Origin: a virus
Lineage: Duplodnaviria; Heunggongvirae; Uroviricota; Caudoviricetes
DNA length: 38,224 bases
Strand: one strand, 5' to 3'
IMG/VR virus record: IMGVR_UViG_2541047899_000010
Location: 1-38,224 of that record
In this document: piece by piece, positions 1 to 6,159 of the stretch
Numbering within the stretch: the first letter of the stretch is position 1
How the letters are laid out: each line of letters begins with the position of its first letter
Translations under genes and position numbers: made by a program
Notes under the pieces: generated by a model
The model's database searches: none
Told to the model about the DNA's origin: nothing
The model's input: the letters and a program-made list of their open reading frames with translations, nothing else

Positions 1-63
1 GGTATCCGTTCTGCTGAAGTGTCATGGCGTTGATTTTACGGTGACTCTTCGACAGTGAAAAGA

Positions 64-90
64 AAAAAGGCCGCAGAGCGGCCATAATCA
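64..90 (-). terminator. Rho-independent terminator ending the leftward C-int-cargo transcription unit
   Basis: GC hairpin ggccgc-aga-gcggcc; on the minus strand it is followed by a T-run (tttttcttttc). Lies just downstream of the CDS ending at 193. Confidence 0.55.
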
Positions 91-192
91 CATTCAAAAA
101 TCAACAAGTTAAATAATTATCAATAACTTACAGACACACAAAAACACAGTCAACCACAACAAGTAACAGTGATGTGGTCACTTTGTGGATCA

Positions 193-642
193 TCAGCCAA
201 CAAATTTTGCAATGAAATACGTAGCCGCCGCTGTAAAAAGCGAAGTAAAGATGGCTATACACACAGGTATAATGATGCCACTCAACCGCCACTTCGTATT
301 ATCATCAACTTTGTCAAACCGCCGATTCATCTCATCCATAATCTTGTCAAAGCGTTTATCCATCGCTTCGGCAATCTCACCCTTCAGGCTGTTAATGTCT
401 GATTTGATCTGCTCTTTCAGGTGAGCTGTATCAGATTTAAGCTCACCTTTCAGATTCGCAATATCGCATTTAAGATCACCTTTCAGATTCGCAATGTCTG
501 CTTTGAGCTCACCTTTAACCTCACCAACATCGGCTTTGGTTGAGAGGTTTGTAGTGCGTTCAGCAAGCGTCGCAAGGTCGTTTCTTGTTAGCGATAAATC
601 ACCTTCGAGCCGCTCAATTCGCCTTTCAAGTTTATCTGACAT
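193..642 (-). CDS. Coiled-coil protein with 11-residue repeats and C-terminal transmembrane helix (XhlA/DUF1640-like)
   Basis: ORF 193..735. Start preferred at the ATG at 642 (149 aa) because GGAGG lies 5 nt upstream; the longer form would use GTG at 735 and add a poly-Gly tail. Four to five 11-aa repeats (GELKADIANLK-type) and a hydrophobic C-terminus (IIIPVCIAIFTSLFTAAATYFIA). Function inferred from architecture only. Confidence 0.55.
   Translation of the reverse strand: MSDKLERRIERLEGDLSLTRNDLATLAERTTNLSTKADVGEVKGELKADIANLKGDLKCDIANLKGELKSDTAHLKEQIKSDINSLKGEIAEAMDKRFDKIMDEMNRRFDKVDDNTKWRLSGIIIPVCIAIFTSLFTAAATYFIAKFVG
378..542. repeat. About five degenerate 33-bp tandem repeats inside the coiled-coil gene
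   Basis: Units at 444..476 and 477..509 are near-identical (cacctttcagattcgcaat...), flanked by more diverged copies; they encode the 11-aa repeats. Confidence 0.7.
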
Positions 643-735
643 TCCGCCTCCACTATCACCGCCTCCCCCACCGAAAGAGTTGCCAATGTCCTCACGAATA
701 AGGGTTATGCCATGCTCACTTTTAGCATATGCCAC

Positions 736-1134
736 TCAGATTCCCTCCCAAACTATATATCCTTTGTCTCTTGCCCAACAAACAACTGTGTGGGCTGTAT
801 ATGTGGATGTGAAGCCGCAATAAGAACATGACACTTCATACCGAGTATTGTAGATGTTAATGGGCTCGTTCTCCTTGTGTATGGGAGTGACATATTCCCA
901 ATCATTTGAATCATCATAATCATCAAGTTCAGGGTCTGTGCCGTGAACAACCGTATGTGGAATAAACAAATCTGGGCGCCCACACGAGAGACAAGAGGTT
1001 CTGGCTCCTCTATCTTTAAGGAATTGAATAAATAATTTGGGCGAAATCTGTTGCAGAACCTGCAAATGCCCACGTTCATTATCATTAAGAGACCTGTCTG
1101 CATATGGAAAATCATCAAATTTAAGAGGCTTCAT
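736..1134 (-). CDS. Hypothetical Cys-rich protein (putative zinc ribbon), cargo gene downstream of int
   Basis: ORF 736..1149. ATG at 1134 preferred because GGAG lies 9 nt upstream; this start overlaps the int 3' end by 14 nt. CLSCG and CSYCG cysteine pairs. Its stop at 736..738 directly abuts the GTG at 735 of the next gene. No recognisable family. Confidence 0.5.
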   Translation of the reverse strand: MKPLKFDDFPYADRSLNDNERGHLQVLQQISPKLFIQFLKDRGARTSCLSCGRPDLFIPHTVVHGTDPELDDYDDSNDWEYVTPIHKENEPINIYNTRYEVSCSYCGFTSTYTAHTVVCWARDKGYIVWEGI

Positions 1135-2113
1135 ATAAGGCATCTCCAAGGGGATTAAATCTCACCGCATCCTGCAGGTAATCCGGCGCAAGATGGGCAT
1201 AAATCATCGTTGTCTGAATCTTTGCGTGCCCCAGAATTTTCTGGAGCGTCAGAATATTGCCGCCGTTCATCATGAAATGACTGGCGAAGGTGTGGCGCAG
1301 CGCATGAACAGCCTGGCCGTCAGGAACATCAGGTGCGACCGTTTTGATGACATCGCGAACCAATGGATAATCCAGCGTCGGAAACACCAGTTTCCCGCCC
1401 CGTTTTTTGATCTTTTCAAACAGGCTTTCAGAAATAGGAACGGTACGGTTTTTGCTGTTCTTCGTTTTTGAAAAAGTGATTCGACAATGAAGAACACGGC
1501 GCTGCTCCAGTGCCGCTACCTCGCCCCATCGCGCCCCGGTCGACAGAAGGATTTCGACAGCCAGCCGTTCATCGGGATTTTCAGCCAGTGCATCCAGCAA
1601 CTGAACACATTCAGACTTACTCAGATATCCCATTTCGCGCTCGTTAACCTTCATTCCTTTAAGGCCTTGAACGGGGTTATCGTTAAGAAAATGGCCGGAT
1701 GAGATGAGTGCGGTAAACATCGCGCTTAACGCCCCAATCTCTCGATTTATGGTGCTGGGCTGTATCCCCTGCTCTATCCTGGACACACGTAGCTCGGTGA
1801 GCATCGTTGTATTAAGTTTATGCACGCACGGGTCATCCATTGCCTCACTCAAGCGCAGCAATTTAAGGCGCGTGTTATGCCCTGACTTCATTAGCTGGCC
1901 GTGGTATTTCCACCACAAGTCAATAAGCACTGACAGCGGACGGCGATCAATGGAGTTTCCTTTCCACTCATTGTTATGCTGTTGCGCCAGCACCCACCGC
2001 TCATATAAAACTGCATCCGATTTCGTTTTAAATTTTTTGCGAATGCGTTTGCCTTTACGCCCCTCCGGGCGCATGTCAAGAAGATACCCTCCCGGAATTG
2101 ATTTTATGCTCAT
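1121..2113 (-). CDS. int: Tyrosine site-specific integrase (P2 Int-like)
   Basis: 330 aa from ATG at 2113 (MSIKSIPGGY...). C-terminal catalytic signature HALRHTFASHFMMNGGNILTLQKILGHAKIQTTMIYAHL with the R, H-x-x-R and Y residues of tyrosine recombinases. The upstream part of the 380-aa ORF has no support. Confidence 0.9.
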   Translation of the reverse strand: MSIKSIPGGYLLDMRPEGRKGKRIRKKFKTKSDAVLYERWVLAQQHNNEWKGNSIDRRPLSVLIDLWWKYHGQLMKSGHNTRLKLLRLSEAMDDPCVHKLNTTMLTELRVSRIEQGIQPSTINREIGALSAMFTALISSGHFLNDNPVQGLKGMKVNEREMGYLSKSECVQLLDALAENPDERLAVEILLSTGARWGEVAALEQRRVLHCRITFSKTKNSKNRTVPISESLFEKIKKRGGKLVFPTLDYPLVRDVIKTVAPDVPDGQAVHALRHTFASHFMMNGGNILTLQKILGHAKIQTTMIYAHLAPDYLQDAVRFNPLGDALYEAS

Positions 2114-2162
2114 TCGTGAAACCCCAGCGTTACAAGACCACCATGCCCCCAGCGCTCCATGA

Positions 2163-2474
2163 TTAGCCGGGCTGTGTGCCAGTCTTGCGGGGTTTTTGAG
2201 AAGGCGATGTGCTTTTTGGCCCATCAGGGGAGAGAGACGGACTGATCTGCCCAGCAGCCTCATTTGTTTCGTTACTCATCAACCACGTGGTGTATTTTTT
2301 AAAGTTCGGATGCATTGTGATTTTCAGTAAAACCTCCGTCCCCACACCTCTAATACCAGTCTCATATTGCTTAACTGTACCAACCGCAATACCTATTGAA
2401 TCCGCGAACTTTGCCTGGCTAAGTCCCTCAGATTCTCGAATTGCTTTTAGCTTCTTTGATATCTCTATTGACAT
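2163..2474 (-). CDS. C: P2 C-type immunity repressor (HTH)
   Basis: 103 aa from ATG at 2474 (MSIEISKKLKAIRESEGLSQAKFADSIG...). Length and sequence recalled as similar to P2 C, including the C-terminal ...KYTTWLMSNETNEAAGQISP... segment. Sits upstream of int on the same strand as in P2. Confidence 0.85.
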   Translation of the reverse strand: MSIEISKKLKAIRESEGLSQAKFADSIGIAVGTVKQYETGIRGVGTEVLLKITMHPNFKKYTTWLMSNETNEAAGQISPSLSPDGPKSTSPSQKPRKTGTQPG

Positions 2475-2569
2475 GGTGTGCACCTGAATACTATATTGGT
2501 TATCAGTTGAGTACCACTTGACGCCACAAAAAGCCACAAATAGCACCAGATTGAATAGGTTATCACATC
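2475..2569. promoter_or_regulatory. Divergent Pc/Pe-type promoter-operator region between C and the cox-like gene
   Basis: Direct repeats gccacaaa at 2523..2530 and 2533..2540 (one helical turn apart) and ggttatca at 2498..2505 and 2558..2565. -35-like ttgacg at 2518 on plus; tatagt -10-like element on minus about 15 nt upstream of the C start. P2 C is known to bind direct repeats. Confidence 0.45.
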
Positions 2570-2848
2570 ATGGCAAAAGTCCTGAACACATACGAACAAG
2601 CGGATTTTGAGCGTTTGGCGGCGTTCTACCCATACCGTGATGAGCATGGGTTACCTGTGCTTGAAGAAAGCCTGGAAGATTACGCGAAACGCACGAATCA
2701 AAGCATTCTTGCGGTAAGAAGGCAGGCCGACAGATCAGTAATCCCCGTCACCCAAGAAGGAAGAAACACAAAACGCAAAGTAAACCTTTTCGCAATATTC
2801 CTGAAAACCATCAGGAGCGCAGAGAAATACGTGCAGATGACAAAATAA
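2570..2848 (+). CDS. cox: Cox/Apl-like excisionase and early transcriptional regulator
   Basis: 92 aa, divergent from the repressor as in P2. Putative HTH segment ...SILAVRRQADRSVIPV... resembles the P2 Cox ...TGAVRRMIDKGKLPV... region (recalled). Confidence 0.55.
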   Translation: MAKVLNTYEQADFERLAAFYPYRDEHGLPVLEESLEDYAKRTNQSILAVRRQADRSVIPVTQEGRNTKRKVNLFAIFLKTIRSAEKYVQMTK

Positions 2849-2862
2849 CGAGGTGTAATTTT

Positions 2863-3201
2863 ATGCTGAAGCAACGCCATAATTTTCGTACCGGAACGGA
2901 ACGCCACGCTAACCGTTTCGCTACCAGTGCATCACGTAGTAACTCCCGCTACAGCCTGAGCGAAACACACGCTACACCTGATGGCCATCCCGTAAAACAA
3001 ATTGGTGAACACACCTGGCTGATTGAGAAAGCTGGAATCGTGGTTCACAGATGCCAACGCAACCCATTTACCGGAAACCGCATTTTTGCACTGAGCAACG
3101 GCGACACTCAGTTTGGACAGGATTTCACATTGTACGAAGCACTTCGCACGGTTGATCGTCTGCTTCGCGGGCAAAGTTTTATTAAACAGACTGATTTATA
3201 A
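2863..3201 (+). CDS. Hypothetical early protein
   Basis: 112-aa ORF with GAGGTG 8 nt upstream of the ATG; first gene after cox-like in the early operon. Confidence 0.5.
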   Translation: MLKQRHNFRTGTERHANRFATSASRSNSRYSLSETHATPDGHPVKQIGEHTWLIEKAGIVVHRCQRNPFTGNRIFALSNGDTQFGQDFTLYEALRTVDRLLRGQSFIKQTDL

Positions 3202-3211
3202 CAGGTGCGTT

Positions 3212-3490
3212 ATGACCAAAGAGCATGCACAAGGTGTATTTATCCGTTTTATTGATTTTCGCGGTGAACTGTTATTGCGCGCATCAGCTATTGATGGAGT
3301 TGTCCCATCAGAAAAAAATGCAGCTACTTACGTTTATCTGAACGGCACGCGCCTGACCGTAGAACTTCCGTACCAGACTGTACACGGAATCATTAGCGAA
3401 GCTGAAAAGGCACGTCAGGTTAATGGCAATGAACCCTATATCGAAATTATTTGCATGGATTCAGAAGCTGAAATCCAGAAAGCAGATTAA
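3212..3490 (+). CDS. Hypothetical early protein
   Basis: Internal ATG (MTKEHAQ...) of ORF 3113..3490; 92 aa; co-oriented and tightly spaced in the early operon. Confidence 0.5.
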   Translation: MTKEHAQGVFIRFIDFRGELLLRASAIDGVVPSEKNAATYVYLNGTRLTVELPYQTVHGIISEAEKARQVNGNEPYIEIICMDSEAEIQKAD

Positions 3491-3501
3491 AGGGTGTTGC
3501 A

Positions 3502-3744
3502 ATGGACAAAGAATATAAAACACTCATCAACAAAGCACTTGAGCGTTTTTATTTTCGCTTAAGCGCATCAGGCGTTCATGCTGAACGTGCAGCCCGTGAC
3601 TCATTGACCAGGGCAATCCGGAGTCTGTATGACGTGGCTTTTTACGCTGATGATCTGGATGCACTTAACGAACTTTCCGAGCTGATCTGTGCCGCAGAAT
3701 GCGGAGAACATATTGAACCGTATAAGCTGGGGAATATCGCATGA
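3502..3744 (+). CDS. Hypothetical early protein
   Basis: 80-aa ORF, co-oriented in the early operon. Confidence 0.45.
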   Translation: MDKEYKTLINKALERFYFRLSASGVHAERAARDSLTRAIRSLYDVAFYADDLDALNELSELICAAECGEHIEPYKLGNIA

Positions 3745-3854
3745 GTATATTTATCTCATGGCTTGTTCTGATTATTTCGGTGGCCTGCGCCATTGGGATT
3801 ATGCGAATTATTAATTCAGTGAAAAAGATCGAGCGTTTTTTCTCTGATGAATAA
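3741..3854 (+). CDS. Small hydrophobic protein (37 aa, single predicted TM helix)
   Basis: ATG at 3741 overlaps the preceding stop (ATGA). MSIFISWLVLIISVACAIGIMRIINSVKKIERFFSDE. Below the ORF-track length cutoff, found by reading the sequence. Confidence 0.35.
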   Translation: MSIFISWLVLIISVACAIGIMRIINSVKKIERFFSDE

Positions 3855-3947
3855 CGATACAAATAAAACATCAAATTAAATAAGAAAACGTGAAAACCAT
3901 CCGTATTAACGGAGGTATTCGCACACGCAAATAACGGAGATACAAAA

Positions 3948-4358
3948 ATGCACGCAAAAGAAGAAGGTATCATCAGAGCACTGAAAGAAATTTCAAAGAT
4001 GGAAAGCGAAGTAGCGAAAAAAGCCGTGGCCAATGCTCACATGGACGTCGCAACCCACACAATGATAGTCGCAAAAGTCACGGCAGAAGCTGCCAAAATC
4101 ATCGAAGAACAGGGTGTGGAACTTGCGCTTCTCAAAACTAAACCAGTCACCGGACTGGATTTATCTGACACCGGACGCCTTATTTACACTATTGGCTCGG
4201 AGTCACAGCGATACACCATTATCGCCGGATTACAGAACAAATACCTGATCACTCCTCATCCCATAAGGGAATCAGCGCTTCTGACAAATCTCCGCCTGAT
4301 AGAGCGCTCTCAAGTTGCATTCATTGATGACGCCCGACACACCGTATTTAACGCATAG
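3948..4358 (+). CDS. Hypothetical early protein
   Basis: 136-aa ORF with ACGGAG upstream of the ATG; preceded by an AT-rich intergenic stretch. Confidence 0.5.
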   Translation: MHAKEEGIIRALKEISKMESEVAKKAVANAHMDVATHTMIVAKVTAEAAKIIEEQGVELALLKTKPVTGLDLSDTGRLIYTIGSESQRYTIIAGLQNKYLITPHPIRESALLTNLRLIERSQVAFIDDARHTVFNA

Positions 4359-4381
4359 GGTTACTGGACAAAGGGGGTGCA

Positions 4382-4585
4382 ATGGCAATTAAGCATTTTC
4401 CCGTCGTTCGCTTTACCTCCAGAGGGCGCGAATACGAGGTCGACGAACGCCTGATTACCACTATCGACAAACATCGTTCGGAAAAGGATGCACACCACAT
4501 CTACCTCACTGACGGTACTTACTTCTGCGCCACCAACGTGGCGCGGGTGAATCTTATCCGACAGGTACAGGAGCCACGCAGATGA
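4382..4585 (+). CDS. Hypothetical early protein
   Basis: 67-aa ORF with AAGGGGG upstream of the ATG. Confidence 0.45.
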   Translation: MAIKHFPVVRFTSRGREYEVDERLITTIDKHRSEKDAHHIYLTDGTYFCATNVARVNLIRQVQEPRR

Positions 4586-4848
4586 CCATTCTGGACTACA
4601 TCGCTACTCATCCGGGTTGTAGCGGCGGAGAGATCGCCGCAGCACTGAATACTCCAACCACAGCCATTAATGCTGAGTTACGCCAACTTTGGCGCGGCGG
4701 CTTAGTCATCAGAACAAACCGCAGCACAGGTGGTCGCGCTCGCAAAACTGGAGGCCAGGCTTCTTACCACGTAAACCCGATGCCGTTCGGGTGTAGCAAT
4801 CCACTTACTCACATGTTTAACCAGCTACTGAAGGAAGCCAGAACATGA
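4582..4848 (+). CDS. Putative winged-helix DNA-binding protein
   Basis: 88 aa; start overlaps the previous stop (ATGA). Segment GCSGGEIAAALNTPTTAINAELRQLWRGGLV looks like a wHTH recognition region (inference). Confidence 0.45.
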   Translation: MTILDYIATHPGCSGGEIAAALNTPTTAINAELRQLWRGGLVIRTNRSTGGRARKTGGQASYHVNPMPFGCSNPLTHMFNQLLKEART

Positions 4849-5144
4849 GCACCATCAACCACCAGAAGCTACGCGAACTGGCATTTTCCCTGCAACGAAT
4901 GGCAACGCCTCAAAAATTACTGGCGTTTCGCGCAATGCTCTCGCCGTCTGCTGTGCTGGCACTGCTGGATGAGCAGGAGCACGCCAGAACCACGGCTCCT
5001 GCCATTCGCCTGACGCTCCATCATGAAATCGCTGATTTCTGCGCAACGCTGGGGGCACCTGGCGAACCGGAAACGCCGGAAGCAATGCAGCAAGAGCTGC
5101 TGCAACGCATTGACAAGGTTTTTGATTTTTTTCTGAACCAGTAA
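4845..5144 (+). CDS. Hypothetical early protein
   Basis: 99 aa; start overlaps the previous stop (ATGA). Confidence 0.45.
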   Translation: MSTINHQKLRELAFSLQRMATPQKLLAFRAMLSPSAVLALLDEQEHARTTAPAIRLTLHHEIADFCATLGAPGEPETPEAMQQELLQRIDKVFDFFLNQ

Positions 5145-5266
5145 GAAACCAGAACATGCACACACAAAAAAACCGCTTGCCATGCCGCAATCGGTCAGGT
5201 TACATTTCCGCTGCACCTCATAAAACGGGTGCCGGGATTCTCAACCCGATACAGAGCAAAGCGCAT

Positions 5267-5290
5267 AACCGCGCCAGCGGTTTTTTTGTG
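5267..5290 (+). terminator. Candidate intrinsic terminator inside the early-operon non-coding gap
   Basis: aaccgc-gcca-gcggtt hairpin followed by ttttttt. Confidence 0.45.
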
Positions 5291-5299
5291 CGTACTGTA

Positions 5300-5328
5300 T
5301 TGCCACGTCTTTTTCGCGTCAGAATTAT
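5300..5328 (+). promoter_or_regulatory. Candidate sigma70-like promoter downstream of the internal terminator
   Basis: ttgcca, 17-bp spacer, aattat. The -10 is weak. Confidence 0.3.
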
Positions 5329-5466
5329 GGCGGGGCGTACGGGGCCGACTTCGGTCGGGCCGGATTCTTTGCTCTCCGGTGTTGAGAACCCTGTACGTCT
5401 CGCCACCCCGAGATTCTCAACTCTGGATGGTGAGCTATTTCTATCACCGAGCAAAGAGGCCACACC

Positions 5467-5697
5467 ATGGCAAACCGCAAACAACAGCGCGCATACGCTG
5501 CGCGTCGTCACATCCAGACTGAAATCAACCGCAGACTTTCCCGCGCATCACGCGTCGCGCAAATCATGCACATCAATATGCTGCATGAGCGCAGCCACGC
5601 ACTATCAAACATTTATTCCGCCTCTGTTTTCAGCTATCTGGCGGATGATCTGCACGAGCTTCAACAGCTCATCCAGCAGCAAAACAAACTCCATTAA
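5467..5697 (+). CDS. Hypothetical early protein
   Basis: 76-aa ORF with AGAGG upstream of the ATG. Confidence 0.45.
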   Translation: MANRKQQRAYAARRHIQTEINRRLSRASRVAQIMHINMLHERSHALSNIYSASVFSYLADDLHELQQLIQQQNKLH

Positions 5698-5769
5698 TTC
5701 CTGTTCCGGGCCTTTCCTGCACCTTGCGGCGGGAGGCCTTCGCACATCTGTAGTAAAGAGAATTGCAGC

Positions 5770-6159
5770 ATGATTGACGCTCATGACTTCACAAGATGGG
5801 TGCGCACACAGGACACCCGTCTGGCTCCCGTTCTTCAGGGATTATTTGATCTCTACATCCGTGGTCGTGACAACAGAGCACGCACCACAAAACCAGAGAA
5901 TGCAGACACCCTTTATTTCACAGTAGACGACTGCTACCGCGTGGACTTCACACCACACGGGCTGGCGTTGCACTGCCTGACACCACACGGCGAATCACTA
6001 CTGGCGTATTACGACTCCCCGGCCTCCGTATTTGCGGCAATGCTGGCGCATCGCACTGCTGGCGGGTGTGCCTCGCTGAGTGAATACACCGCTGAATTTA
6101 ACCGCCTTTCCACCCTCTTCTCGCAGGAGTGGCAGCGCGTGACGGGATACCAGCCATGA
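5770..6159 (+). CDS. Hypothetical early protein, translationally coupled to gene A
   Basis: 129 aa; its stop overlaps the gene A start (ATGA at 6156). Confidence 0.5.
   Translation: MIDAHDFTRWVRTQDTRLAPVLQGLFDLYIRGRDNRARTTKPENADTLYFTVDDCYRVDFTPHGLALHCLTPHGESLLAYYDSPASVFAAMLAHRTAGGCASLSEYTAEFNRLSTLFSQEWQRVTGYQP

Noticed and set aside
1-192. Search for attL/attR core repeats by comparing the left edge (1..192) with the sequence after ogr (37894..38083), and search for a tRNA integration target
   Set aside because: No shared direct repeat of 10 bp or more and no tRNA-like cloverleaf found by eye. The prophage boundaries probably lie at or beyond the window edges, so no att feature is reported.
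643-735. Poly-Gly N-terminal extension (GGGGGDSGGG) if the coiled-coil gene started at GTG 735
   Set aside because: A strong GGAGG lies inside this stretch 5 nt before the ATG at 642, so the G-rich DNA is more likely the ribosome binding region than coding. The longer form cannot be excluded.
5156-5773. 205-aa plus-strand ORF, and the overlapping 97-aa ORFs at 5229..5522 (+) and 5218..5511 (-), spanning the early-operon gap
   Set aside because: No RBS, Arg/Ser-rich low-complexity translation, and they run through terminator and hairpin structures. The region is better explained as non-coding, and the in-frame gene at 5467..5697 has its own RBS.
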